From a virus, in IMG/VR virus record IMGVR_UViG_3300010412_000019, positions 5,521 to 69,520 of that record: DNA of 64,000 nucleotides. One strand, given 5' to 3'. The notes under the pieces were generated by a model. It was not told the DNA's origin. It saw only the letters and a program-made list of their open reading frames with translations, and searched no databases. Each line of letters begins with the position of its first letter. The stretch's first letter is position 1. Positions 10,008-20,700 of this stretch are shown here, piece after piece. Both the position numbers and the translations under genes were made by a program.

Positions 10008-10276
10008 AGAGGTAAAGCAACACCCGGCTTCTCAATACCAGTCTCATAGGCTAGTCGTTGTTTCAGTCCGGGTGTAATAAGCTTTGGTACTTGATCAGGG
10101 TCAAGCTGGTGTTCTTCCACCATATGCATCAATGCGTCAAGCAATGAATACCCCTCATCTTTGTGGAGTCGCTCAACTTGCATTGAAAAGGTAACGGGTG
10201 TATTGCGTAATGTTTCACCGCCTTCACCAGTAAGTTCTGAAATAAGCTGTTGTTGAATCTGTTTTAGCATAGCCAT
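10004..10276 (-). CDS. gp33: late transcription coactivator gp33 (start reassigned to 10276)
   Basis: FS..VE.......Y..LDA........LD...V.KLI...LK..L..E......LPL pattern; position near gp59. Confidence 0.8.
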   Translation of the reverse strand: MAMLKQIQQQLISELTGEGGETLRNTPVTFSMQVERLHKDEGYSLLDALMHMVEEHQLDPDQVPKLITPGLKQRLAYETGIEKPGVALPL

Positions 10277-10520
10277 ATTTATCTTTTGTCTCACACATCG
10301 GGCCATGGCACTCGCAACGTGGGCAGCCAACACCATGTGTTTCATGCCAGTCTTCACCATCTTCACTGATCCACTCGCCACTTACCCACTCGTATTCTTC
10401 CATGTCGTATTGACAGAAGGGACACTGTGCTGGTGTTTCAACTGATAGTTCATCGATACTGATAGGTGTCATCCCACCAGTCATACCGAGAACCCATCGA
10501 TTAAAGAATTCCCTGATCAT
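10224..10520 (-). CDS. zinc-ribbon protein (Lar-like)
   Basis: CPFC...CPRC.C.GP...T. Confidence 0.5.
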   Translation of the reverse strand: MIREFFNRWVLGMTGGMTPISIDELSVETPAQCPFCQYDMEEYEWVSGEWISEDGEDWHETHGVGCPRCECHGPMCETKDKYGYAKTDSTTAYFRTYW

Positions 10521-11188
10521 AATGTTGCCTTGAAATGCTTTGTAGCCAGAGGTACAATCGGCTCAATCAGTTTCAGCATTGCCTCAGCGTACACACGAAT
10601 TTCGTACTGTGCATGTTCATGAAGACGCAAACGCAGAAAGTGAAACAGGTTGTGCAGATCGACGCTGGCAAACATGTGAGAATACGTACCGACTGGCAAT
10701 ACTGATCGTGCCAGTTCTCTTGGGCAACCCTGATTGATCAGACGCTTGTAAATCTTGGTTGATTTCTCATTTGCAATATCAATAGCCATCTGAATGGCAA
10801 GAGCCTCGGCGTGTTGCTCGGCCGTACGCATTTGCTTGTTGTCTTTCGATTGTGTGGTGATTTGCGACTCTTCCGGAATGTAATATTCACCCGGAAGTTC
10901 AGCATAGCGAGCCGACACCTCATTGTAAGACCAAGTGCGGTGGCGATGCCACTGCCTGAACACAAAGATCGGTGCTTTTACCTCAAATGTGAATTGCACA
11001 GCCTCAAAGGGAGAGGTGTGGCGATTACGCATCAGGTAACCAATCAGCTTGTCATCTTCTTCTCTTGCAGGAGCGTTATATGAAACTCTTGCCGCCCTGC
11101 TAATAGACAGGTCAGAACCCATGTGGTCAACCAGTCTAACGAATCCATGATCTAATACCTTTACTATGTTCTCGGCTTCATCGGCCAT
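10517..11188 (-). CDS. thyX: flavin-dependent thymidylate synthase
   Basis: RHTSPFE, RQWHRHRTWSYNEVSARY (RHRx7SxR), HAQYEIR motifs. Confidence 0.97.
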   Translation of the reverse strand: MADEAENIVKVLDHGFVRLVDHMGSDLSISRAARVSYNAPAREEDDKLIGYLMRNRHTSPFEAVQFTFEVKAPIFVFRQWHRHRTWSYNEVSARYAELPGEYYIPEESQITTQSKDNKQMRTAEQHAEALAIQMAIDIANEKSTKIYKRLINQGCPRELARSVLPVGTYSHMFASVDLHNLFHFLRLRLHEHAQYEIRVYAEAMLKLIEPIVPLATKHFKATL

Positions 11189-11698
11189 GATCTATCCTCT
11201 ATGTCTTGTTTAGTAATGAGTGCCGTGATCGGCATCCAATGTGTTGCTTCGTAGGGCTCGCAGAAACCTAGCTGGCCAATGATCATTCCTCTTCGGCCGT
11301 CTTCTGGTCGATAGTATCTTCCGACATAAACCTTTTCAAACGGCTCAAACCAGTATGCAATGGTCTGTTCATTTTCTGGCCAAGAAGACTGATCATCGGT
11401 GAATTCTATCCAGTCAATTGGTTTCATTTACAGCCTCGCTTAATCTTTCGCCAATACGACCACGTTGGTACTTGATAATCTCATATGCAGCCTTCATTGC
11501 ATGATCATTGACATGCGCCCTGCATAGCCTGTATTTTGTTTTGCATCGTTCACATTCAGCCCATAGATCAACATGAATACGCTGAATGTTATCGGTGTAG
11601 CCACCCTTCATCGTGACATACTCTTCACCGGGCGAATACCACCCTTTTCTATTGCGATAGGGTAACTTATGGCCAAACCATTTGCAAATAAGACTCAT
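11164..11698 (-). CDS. two small hypothetical proteins (11164-11427 DUF551-like; 11414-11698 with LICKWFGHK / CERC)
   Basis: THWMP motif in the first, Cys/His motif in the second; overlapping start/stop codons. Confidence 0.55.
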
Positions 11699-12675
11699 GC
11701 GGCACTCCTGATTGCTTCATCTTCCTCGTAGAGAAGGTCAACAATCTCATTCAGTGATAAATCTTCGGCAAAGGTGATACCGCCAGCAGAAGCGTGTCCA
11801 CCAGCGGATTGCACCAAATTGGGGTGGCGAGTAGGTAAGTCTTTAATGCCATTGTTGACATTGAAAGATGGGTCAGAGTCTTTGATACGGACACTGACAT
11901 TGTGTTTTGAGAAGTCTGGTGATATGATGTAGAATACATCGCCATCCATGTAGCTTGTCACAAAATTGATAGCTTTAGACTCAGAGATTACAACAACCTT
12001 TGAACCAGACTCCATTTCTTCAACTGTTGCGTTTTCGATAACGTTCTGACGCTGTTGTTTCAACCCCTCATGCCACTGTAACTCGGCATCGGTGAAACCT
12101 TTCAGCCCGTCTTTGAATCGCGCACGGAAATCGTCCATGTGAAGATTCCAGAACAGGTCGTTCATCATCACACTTTGTTCCCATCGCTTGTTTTCTGTCT
12201 TCCACATGTCGTATGTGTTGACAGCATTCATGAATGCATCAAGCCATGATGTGCGTTGAGCGCCTTTGTTTCGTGCGCCATCCATCCACATCAAAGCTGT
12301 TGATGAAAATTCAAGATCGAAATGAAACTCAAAGCTACCCTCAGCCGGGTGATATGGGTTATCAGCGTACTTACTGAATTCTTCTGACGATTCATGATGG
12401 TCGTAGTAAATCACATTCGGGAATGCGAACATTGCCAGCAGCAAATCTTCCTCTTCAATCTTGAGGTCAGCAATGACAATGGTGTCAATCTTCTTGTAGT
12501 ATTGACCAATCAGATAGCCCAATGAGGCACGAATCTTGCCGTAACCTTGGTGCTTTCGATCCACTACATTCCAAATATGATCAGACAGAACCGAACACCC
12601 GGCACCATCAAGATCATAATGCGATAAAAGTACTACATCGCGTTTCATTTGTCTTCCTCGACCACTAACATACAA
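11695..12675 (-). CDS. DHH/DHHA1 phosphoesterase
   Basis: SHYDLDG, IAD, YDHH, SVR, GGHASAGG motifs. Confidence 0.88.
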   Translation of the reverse strand: MYVSGRGRQMKRDVVLLSHYDLDGAGCSVLSDHIWNVVDRKHQGYGKIRASLGYLIGQYYKKIDTIVIADLKIEEEDLLLAMFAFPNVIYYDHHESSEEFSKYADNPYHPAEGSFEFHFDLEFSSTALMWMDGARNKGAQRTSWLDAFMNAVNTYDMWKTENKRWEQSVMMNDLFWNLHMDDFRARFKDGLKGFTDAELQWHEGLKQQRQNVIENATVEEMESGSKVVVISESKAINFVTSYMDGDVFYIISPDFSKHNVSVRIKDSDPSFNVNNGIKDLPTRHPNLVQSAGGHASAGGITFAEDLSLNEIVDLLYEEDEAIRSAA

Positions 12676-12787
12676 TTATGAGTCAGGCGGGGGTCAGATA
12701 ACGTCCCGCCTGAATACACATAACACTTCGCATTTGGGAGTGTAGCACACCCAGACAGCAAACACAAGAGGATTATGAGGATGAACC

Positions 12788-13030
12788 TCACACTCGCTTC
12801 TCCAGCAGTTTGATTTCGTGGTCCGCAAGTTCGATCTTGTACTTGCGAAGAAGTTGAAGGTTTTCGGAAGTCGGCGTACCACCGAACTTACGAAGTACCT
12901 TGGTTGACAGAAGCGCGGTAATCGCTTCATCTGTGGTTGCAGACTTCCAAGCCTGCAATTGAGTTTTGAGATTGGCAAGCGCCACCGAGCGCCTACGCAA
13001 CTTCGCCGCACGATCATTACGCATGATCAT
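12788..13030 (-). CDS. hypothetical protein
   Basis: ORF with GGAGG RBS. Confidence 0.6.
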   Translation of the reverse strand: MIMRNDRAAKLRRRSVALANLKTQLQAWKSATTDEAITALLSTKVLRKFGGTPTSENLQLLRKYKIELADHEIKLLEKRV

Positions 13031-13062
13031 CCTCCATTGAGTAGTTAAGTTAAAATTTCAAT

Positions 13063-13692
13063 TTAGCCTTTAATCGCATCAAGTACACGACCAAACACAC
13101 CCTTCTTAGGTGGGGGTGGTGGGGGTGCAGACTTGGCCAGTTCAGCCTCTTCCTGCTGTTTCAGCCAATGCTTGCGAGCCATGATCATTTGCACGATCAG
13201 TTGCTTTTCTGTCTGAATTTCAGCACCACGGCGAATCAGCTTACGCAACTCATCAAGATCACTCTGCGAAGCATGAAGCGGGTACAACTGCAACAGGATT
13301 TCAATTTCATCCATGCGAGACTTGATCTGTTCATGTTCAGCCTCGGACAGCTTCAACATATCGGTGAACATTTCAATCTGCCATGCAGGGTCAGACTCCC
13401 AATCGGGATGCTTCTCTCTGAGAGATTGACGAACAGGGTACAGGTCTTCTGGTTCTGTTGTGTCTACCTCTGGTTCAGCGTCAACATCAGGTACATTGTA
13501 TTCAATCTCCCTGACTTCGACGTTAGCGGCTTTACCGTCACGCTCTTCAAGCTGATCTGGTGTTTCCAGTTCACGAAGAGAAGCCGTTGCCGGGTCTGGC
13601 CCTTCTGGTTGTTTAGGAATGACTAGACCGCTGCCCAACTCTTCAAAAGTATCTGGGACGAAAGCGGTAGCCTTTGTCTTCTTCTTTGTCAC
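13063..13692 (-). CDS. hypothetical coiled-coil protein
   Basis: 209 aa ORF coupled to the guaC stop. Confidence 0.65.
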   Translation of the reverse strand: MTKKKTKATAFVPDTFEELGSGLVIPKQPEGPDPATASLRELETPDQLEERDGKAANVEVREIEYNVPDVDAEPEVDTTEPEDLYPVRQSLREKHPDWESDPAWQIEMFTDMLKLSEAEHEQIKSRMDEIEILLQLYPLHASQSDLDELRKLIRRGAEIQTEKQLIVQMIMARKHWLKQQEEAELAKSAPPPPPPKKGVFGRVLDAIKG

Positions 13693-14834
13693 GAAAAACT
13701 CCCGTTCAATTGTTCATGTGTTAGTACAAAGGTAGCACACTTCGGCATATCTTTCAACCTAGCAGCACCAATGTATGTCATGGTGGATCGAATACCACCA
13801 AGAATCTCTGTCATCGTATGGCGAACATCACCACGCCAAGGAACAACAACTTCTTTACCTTCTGAGGCACGATACGTCTTCTTTTCACCATAATGCTCAA
13901 GTTGAGCCTCGGTTGAAGACATACCATGGAACTTCATACCAACACGTTTTGAGTAGGCAAAACGTTCAGGGCGAAGTCCCAGTTCAGAAGCGGCAACGTG
14001 TCGATCTGGGTGAGGTGCCAAATCAATTGGCATTTCTGACCCATCATCGAATACCACATCACCATCACACTCTTCATGCCCAGCAAGCATACCGCCGAGC
14101 ATCACGAAATCAGCACCAGCGGCAAATGCTTTTGCAACATCACCGGGACAGGTGCAGCCACCGTCAGCACAAATCATACCACCGAGTCCATGTGCAGCAT
14201 CGGCACATTCATCGATAGCGGAAAGTTGAGGGTAACCGACTCCAGTCATCTTGCGTGTGGTGCAGACGGAGCCGGGCCCAATACCCACTTTGACGATATC
14301 AGCACCAGAAATGATCAACTGTTCGGTCATTTCATACGTGGCGACATTGCCAGCCATGATAATCGACCCATTGAATAGATGCCTGACAAACTGGACGTAC
14401 TCGGCAAACTTCTCAGTATAGCCATTTGCTACGTCAATGCAGATTTTGGGCTTCCATGTTGGGTTGTTAGTCTCGGCTTTGATTCGATGTTCGATTCGTT
14501 GTAGTCTTTCAATCTCACCATCGCGCATACCAATTGAGAACCATGTGTTATATGGCAAACGCTCTTTCGAGAATTCGACCAATTGATCCTCGGTATAGAA
14601 TTTATGCAATGCGGTCATGCAATTGAACTTATCAAGTGCCCGAGACATTGCAAATGTACCAGTGTGATCCATATTCGCAGCAATGATCGGAACTCCCTTC
14701 CATTCAACATGCGAATGCTTGAATTTCATTTGCCGACTCAGATCAACGTCCCTTGATGGTAACGCTGATCGTTTAGGCTTTATGAACACATTATGAAAAG
14801 ACAGGCCCTTTCGGCAGCCACAATCAAGTCTCAT
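13689..14834 (-). CDS. guaC: GMP reductase
   Basis: [43 protein letters not shown] motifs. Confidence 0.95.
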   Translation of the reverse strand: MRLDCGCRKGLSFHNVFIKPKRSALPSRDVDLSRQMKFKHSHVEWKGVPIIAANMDHTGTFAMSRALDKFNCMTALHKFYTEDQLVEFSKERLPYNTWFSIGMRDGEIERLQRIEHRIKAETNNPTWKPKICIDVANGYTEKFAEYVQFVRHLFNGSIIMAGNVATYEMTEQLIISGADIVKVGIGPGSVCTTRKMTGVGYPQLSAIDECADAAHGLGGMICADGGCTCPGDVAKAFAAGADFVMLGGMLAGHEECDGDVVFDDGSEMPIDLAPHPDRHVAASELGLRPERFAYSKRVGMKFHGMSSTEAQLEHYGEKKTYRASEGKEVVVPWRGDVRHTMTEILGGIRSTMTYIGAARLKDMPKCATFVLTHEQLNGSFS

Positions 14835-15163
14835 CTGTCATCACCAGACCCGTGGAGTGTTCCACGTTCACGGCGACCCAACAGCTTATCAATATTGGTC
14901 AATGCGACCTCTTCAAGCGTCAGGCCGAATTCATGTGCTTCTGCGGTAATGTACCACAGCACATCGCCCAGTTCTTTGCAAATGGCCGCTTTGTCTTCTT
15001 CGTTCCATTCGCCATTCTTGTCACGTTGAATCTTCTTGATCTTCTCAGCAACCTCACCAGCCTCACCAGTCAACCCAAGTACAGGGTAAATGATGTTGTT
15101 ACCAATGTTCGGGTAACGGGCAGTCTTATCGATCAGTTCAGCATATTCATTAAAAGTCAGCAT
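14831..15163 (-). CDS. mazG: MazG-like NTP pyrophosphatase (start reassigned to 15163)
   Basis: LGLTGEAGEVAEKIKK, ELGDVLWY, GSGDDR; GAGGA RBS before MLTFNEY. Confidence 0.9.
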   Translation of the reverse strand: MLTFNEYAELIDKTARYPNIGNNIIYPVLGLTGEAGEVAEKIKKIQRDKNGEWNEEDKAAICKELGDVLWYITAEAHEFGLTLEEVALTNIDKLLGRRERGTLHGSGDDR

Positions 15164-15170
15164 GTCATCC

Positions 15171-15731
15171 TCATTTTGTGCCGGGTGCATAGGGCCCACC
15201 TTCATTGTCGCTGGCTTGATTCTTCTTTCCCTGATTCGCAGCACACACTCCACAGAAAGAAGCCCACGGTGCGTTGCCGCTACCGCAGGCTGGACAAATC
15301 CATCCTCTGATTGAAGGGGTGTTGACGGGATAATCTCTCCCGAAAGGAAACGCAGAGCATGTGCCTCCGCGCATACAAGCACCAGTACAAAAACATGTTC
15401 CCATGTGTCACCTCAAATTTGGTATAGGGTACTACACTTCCCAGCCGAGATTCAACTCCGGGTTGAGTCTTTTTCTTGTGTAGCGACCCCATGTTTCCGC
15501 TAGAACAGCTTCAAGATTCTTGATACCCACAAATTCAGGGTTCTCGGTTGAGCGTTTTGCACAGTAGAGAATCACCTGACCATTGTGGCGAATAAACCAT
15601 CCATCATTGTCTTCATCGATATGCTTACCGAGAATTGGAATGTTCAACTCTGAGTCTTTAATCTGAGCGCCAGTGATGAACAGCTTCGGGTCATTGTGGA
15701 TGTCTAGAATTCTGTCTAGTATTTCGGTCAT
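15171..15731 (-). CDS. hypothetical proteins (15171-15404 zinc ribbon; 15432-15731)
   Basis: GWICPACG..NAP....C in the first. Confidence 0.55.
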
Positions 15732-16037
15732 TTACTTCGGTACCTGTCCGGGCCTTGCAATCTGAATGCTTGAAGTCACTTCCATGTAAGCGTCTTCAAG
15801 TTCTTTCGGCAGCTTGTAGGATACAACGTAGTCAGCCGAACCGAACTCAAATTCTTCGGTCGTTGAATACGGGCACCACTTCAAGAAGCGAATCATTTCC
15901 TGACCCTGTTGATTCGGGTGAGGGTGTGTTACAGGTACGACTGGTCGGCGAATAACGTAATCACCAGCAGGACGTTCCTCAACAAGTTCGGCAAAGATAT
16001 CTTCACCTGAGCGCATTCTAAAGCCAATAACATTCAT
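15732..16037 (-). CDS. conserved T4-like small beta protein (Sm-like fold)
   Basis: R.RSGEDI.AE, I.RP, W.PYS, Y....S.I pattern. Confidence 0.6.
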   Translation of the reverse strand: MNVIGFRMRSGEDIFAELVEERPAGDYVIRRPVVPVTHPHPNQQGQEMIRFLKWCPYSTTEEFEFGSADYVVSYKLPKELEDAYMEVTSSIQIARPGQVPK

Positions 16038-16059
16038 AACAATCTCCTGTTTTCAATAT

Positions 16060-16491
16060 TTAGTCCGTGTAAAAGATGTGGTTGTCTATCTGTATATTCA
16101 TCGTAACGCTTTTAGTCCAATGGGGTGGGTCAATCTTATCGTTGTGGTAATACAACGATCCACCTGTAATATCAACGGGGATAATCATAGTGAGCAAAGA
16201 AACCCATTCTGATTCTGCAAGTGCAACCCGTTCAAGTTTGCTGTTATTCTTCGGCAGTGGTTCTGGAAGACCGTCCCAGTAATACGAAAATTGACCACGT
16301 TCACGAACAACCCTACAGAAACCGTCTGGCCATCGGCCATCGATTACTCTGTTGCGTATGACATTGGCAACTGATAGTTTACCAATTACGCTTTGATTGC
16401 CCGCCTCATAATATACAGCTTCCGTCAAACAATGTAACTGAGTCTGGTTAACGGAAAACAACCAGACCAGCAGGCTTAAAAGAAAACTCAT
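16060..16491 (-). CDS. cell wall hydrolase (SleB/Hydrolase_2)
   Basis: CL..AVYYEA, VANVI.NRV, C.VV...GQFS, G.LYYH, I..HIFY motifs. Confidence 0.9.
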   Translation of the reverse strand: MSFLLSLLVWLFSVNQTQLHCLTEAVYYEAGNQSVIGKLSVANVIRNRVIDGRWPDGFCRVVRERGQFSYYWDGLPEPLPKNNSKLERVALAESEWVSLLTMIIPVDITGGSLYYHNDKIDPPHWTKSVTMNIQIDNHIFYTD

Positions 16492-17135
16492 GCATTTCTG
16501 TCCATCCAGTGAATGAAAACGACACGCTCCCCTGATCTTATGCGCGCCACACCGTGGGACGTTTTATCGGCAGTTGGGTACATGATAGATTCCTCAACAT
16601 GCTTGAAATTCGTCACCACAGGTACGATATTGGGCAGGTTCCAATTCACCATCTGATCCTCGGTATGCGCTTCAAGAAACATTGTGTTCTTTTTACGCTC
16701 CGCAGGGTCGTCAGACCAATGTGACTTACCCACCAATAACGAATGGTCATCAAAGATTATCATTTCCCCGCCTTCGCATTCATGTTGCTCTAGCAGGGTA
16801 ACGACAGTTAGCGTACCGGGTCTGTCTGGATGCATCTTTGCAAAAGCGCCCGGTTTGTAACGCAAAATACTATGGTATGTAGTTCTCAGGCCTATTTGCC
16901 TGTCCAGCTTTAATAGATGGCTGTTAATCTCAGCATCCAAGAATGTCTTGTATCGGTCTGTACCGAATACATTTGCCGATCTAAGACAGTCTGAATGCAC
17001 CAACTCATTCGCATCCTTCTTTCTACGCAGAAGGTCTAGAAAACCCTCTGGGTAGAAATTGTCGAAGCGAATGAGTTTTGTTTGTGAAAGTTTGTCTAGT
17101 CTTTCTCTATTGAGCGGCAGTTGTAGATTTAGCAT
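16488..17135 (-). CDS. 2OG-Fe(II) oxygenase
   Basis: Y..G.F...HPD, EGGE, HGV..I.SGER motifs. Confidence 0.8.
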   Translation of the reverse strand: MLNLQLPLNRERLDKLSQTKLIRFDNFYPEGFLDLLRRKKDANELVHSDCLRSANVFGTDRYKTFLDAEINSHLLKLDRQIGLRTTYHSILRYKPGAFAKMHPDRPGTLTVVTLLEQHECEGGEMIIFDDHSLLVGKSHWSDDPAERKKNTMFLEAHTEDQMVNWNLPNIVPVVTNFKHVEESIMYPTADKTSHGVARIRSGERVVFIHWMDRNA

Positions 17136-18372
17136 TGTCAGCAGCCATTTTCTCGTTGGCTATCTCATTCAACTGCTCGGCGTATTTGCAGAGCCGAGGA
17201 TAGCCACCCTTTGAATTCTTCGGGGCTTTCGTCCACTTTTCAAGACGCCACTTGTCACCCTTCGCGTAACCAAGATTGCCCCATTTCTTCCAATACTTAG
17301 CCGTGATAGAACCGCTGTGAGCATCGGCACCAGTGAACCCAATGCCGTTGTTGTGGTTGGTGATATTCGAAGATTGTTCATCTTTGTTCTGCCGCATGAA
17401 GAGCGACCAGAGTGCCCGACCAACAACCGTTTCGACATATTCATGACCGTACTTGTCAACATCAAGCATGTCTTTGAGCAGGTCTTTTGTCACAAGTGTC
17501 TTCATCAATAAAACCTATGCGTCATTGTTTTCAATTACGTCAGCAGCCGCAACCAGATGATTCAGCGCATGACCCATTTCGAACAGGGCACCGTGAAGTA
17601 CATCGTCGGCATCATCTTGCGGCTCTTCCCAGTTTTCATAAACCGTTTCAAGAGCGGCAAGAGAATTCTTCAAGGCGATCATCTTTGCCCTGAAATTCTC
17701 GCGGTGCATGTCCATCCTATCAGCGTATGTCAACATCAGTCATCCTCAAAGATGGTGTCGGCGTCATCTGCGCCGTAACCGCGATCTTCCCGATCAAGCA
17801 TCATTGCGCTCAACGGGACCAAATCGACTACCCTTGCGTAGTCCCCATTGCGAAAATCGACACGGTACGGGGTGACCTTCTTCACATTGCCCGGGCCGTT
17901 GTCGATAAACCTATCAAGCATCTTCAAGGCGTCAGTCTTTAACGTCTTGAAGAAAGAATCTTTGCTGCGCGTATCAGCGTGGTAGTATTCAATTCTGTAC
18001 ATTAGCAACTCATCAAGTAGTTTGAAATTACCGAAAACTGCCCGTAGTGCCTAGCGACTAGACCAGATGCAAACAGAAACAGTTTCAATCGTCACCATCG
18101 CAGTAATTGTAACCAACAACATCTTCGATGAATGCATGTTTCATCAGCCGAAACTGAGTATCCATGTAAGCATTGTCAGATGCCAGAATGTAGTTAAAAG
18201 CAAGCGAAATCGCCAGCAACAGCAGCAGGACGATTCTGCTAACGCTCTTGTCTCTCAAAAAGTCAATCTTTTTACTCATGGCAAGAGTATTATAACAACT
18301 CTGGAGAACATTGCAACCACTTTGCGCCAAAGCGAATGATGTATTTTCAACGCAGGAATGAAAATACACCAA
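17107..18372 (-). CDS. block of hypothetical ORFs (17107-17508, 17515-17736, 17736-18008, ~18085-18280)
   Basis: Co-oriented packed ORFs; no family recognised. Confidence 0.55.
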
Positions 18373-18444
18373 ACATGCAATCCAACATGAGCAAAATTAC
18401 CGCCAATGCAATCACAAGTTCAAGATAATTGCTCGTTTTTAGTC

Positions 18445-18720
18445 TCATTCAATAACGATGGCCGTTGTTTCTTTGCGTTTGCTAGTGCAAGCGCCAGCAA
18501 AGATGATTTGACCATCAACCTCCCAATATCCATCTCCGATGGGTTTCGGCGTCCCTTTTGTCACTTCGTTGAACACCTCAGTGTTCTCAAGATTACAAAT
18601 CGTGCGTGTTTCAAACGTCTTGCCACTGTCTTTGACCGCCGAGATAACCAGTGAAGCCAGTATGGCAACAATGGCAATGACGATCATCAATTCGATCAAT
18701 GTGAACCCGTTGCGTTTCAT
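18445..18720 (-). CDS. type IV prepilin-like protein
   Basis: MKRNG|FTLIELMIVIAIVAILASL: class III signal peptide with G-1, F+1 and E+5. Confidence 0.85.
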   Translation of the reverse strand: MKRNGFTLIELMIVIAIVAILASLVISAVKDSGKTFETRTICNLENTEVFNEVTKGTPKPIGDGYWEVDGQIIFAGACTSKRKETTAIVIE

Positions 18721-20538
18721 GCGAAAGTATCCTTCAAGTACGCCTTTGCTTCATCGACCGAGCGGCAAACGTGCGTGTTTGTCCTGTTGGAACTTACGGT
18801 CATGAACTTCGGCCCATAAATCTCAACAACCCCATCAAGGGTGCGAGCCCTACAAAACGTCACCGAACGAATTGACCTACCATCTTTCGTAGCATGTTTC
18901 CCGGTAAGGACGCCATATACTTCATCCAAACCAAGCTCCCGTAGGTAGTTAGCCAACTCGTTTTGTATGTCTTCTCGTACCGACATATCACTCACTCACA
19001 GGTAACCAGTCACACGGCCCTTCAACTTCAAGAACCTCCCAGTTCGGCCCAAACAGCAGCCGCGCATTCACTTTGGCATCGATCTGGCTTTCAGCGTCAA
19101 GAAACCACTGGGTATAGCTGCCAGACTTGTCACCAATACGGCGCAGGCGAACGTAAAAGCGTTTCAGATTAAGCATCGGTACGTGTTCTCCACTGATCAA
19201 CCGTCATACGGTACATCTGTTCATTTTCGCCAAGTTCTTTACGCACCTTGGCGTTCCATATCGCACAACATTCTTTCGGGTCTAGACCCTTGGCAGCTTC
19301 GTTGATTGCTGCCCATGAATCTTGCCCACGGGCCCATACTCGGAAGTCATCTGAGTATGAATACGTCAAGTCATGTGCATTAACAAGTTCTTTGAATTTT
19401 TCAAGTTTAGCGGTCATCATTTACTCCTCCCGCCATTTTACAGCACTTAGGCTGTGTAGGTCAAGGTTTCATATTTGCTCCATTCAGTTTTTCATAGTAG
19501 TCAACAACAGCTACAAGACCGAACAGTACAAGCGATTGCAGACCTTCGAATAACGCACCCGGATGGGCATGTGTTGCAGCATAAAGCTGAAAGAATGCCA
19601 TGGTCAGAAACCATGCCATGAAGAATCTATTTGTGTCGAATCTCATTTCGAATACATTTCCACCATGTCGAATCGAATGCAGAATTCAAACAGGGAGACC
19701 AACTCAAATTGAGTCAATCGACCTACGTTGAAATCACGCAGAAAGCCCTTGCCAGCATACTCGCCTTGCCAAGGGTGATTGGCAAGGCGAGTATGCTTAC
19801 CAATCATGTCTGCAATTCTTTTGCTCATTGTCTCACAAGCGTTATCCATGTGCGTCAATTACCTCTCATGCGCCCGCCACAGCCTTCAAAGTTGCAGTGT
19901 AGCCATCAAGTTCAATGGCGGTTGCCCAGATTTCATGTAAATCCGGGTGACGATCACGCAACCGGCCAGCATCGAATGCCAGTTGCACCACATCTTCATT
20001 GCTTGCGTTCTCGGCGGCACGCCAAGAACCCATGCAATCGTAACCAATCTCACACCAGATCGATTCTGCGACCCGGCGAAGCGTTGTCAGTTCAATCTTG
20101 TTCAGTACGCTCATTTCAAGCACCCGACAGGCAGCAGAACCTTGACGAAAGCGTTGAAAGAATTCGGGGCATACCTGAAATGGACAACAGCGTGTGTACC
20201 GTTGTTGACCACTTCTGCAACGACACCGACACAGGTCATTACTATGTCAGCCACCGCAGAACTCATGTTGAAGTCAAGTTCAAGATTGTCCCTTGAACCA
20301 GAAAAAGAAACTTTGTCGCCTCTTGCGAACATTAACACGCTACTCCCAGTTCATTCATACGAGCAACAACAGCCGCATCAAACTCGGCGTTTGCGGCATC
20401 AAAAGCGTTCATCGCTTCACTCAGTTCTTCCCTCGTTTCAGCGTTACTCGCCATCAGAGCAAAAGCGGCAGCTTTCGCGTGGAGAGATTTGACGCTTTCG
20501 TGGTTCAGAACGTCTTTTTCGAAGTCAAAACTATTCAT
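18717..20538 (-). CDS. block of small early hypothetical ORFs (18717-18995, 18988-19200, 19169-19420, 19461-19646, 19643-19858, 19866-20123, 20111-20338, 20332-20538)
   Basis: Packed co-oriented ORFs with RBSs downstream of an early promoter. Confidence 0.6.
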
Positions 20539-20562
20539 TTCTTACCTCTGTTCTACAATGAT

Positions 20563-20637
20563 ATTATGCCACGTCCGGGAAAGGAGTGCAACCCCTATTT
20601 CACTCGTTTTGGCGCAAATATTGGGTAAAAAATACCC
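20563..20637 (-). promoter_or_regulatory. early promoter with conserved upstream box, copy 1
   Basis: TTGCAC-17-CATAAT; 37-bp box at 20601-20637 shared with 50371 and 63233. Confidence 0.8.
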
Positions 20638-20655
20638 CGCCGGAGCGGGGTTATT
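20631..20655 (-). terminator. terminator-like hairpin
   Basis: accccgc-cgga-gcggggt. Confidence 0.65.
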
Positions 20656-20700
20656 GAGAGAGAAGAGACAAAGTAAAGCTTGTTTTTATTGTCGGAAAAC

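Noticed and set aside
14831-15382. Long N-terminal extension of MazG (likewise gp33 to 10381 and the 23794 start)
   Set aside because: The extensions overlap upstream genes, and internal starts fit family length better.
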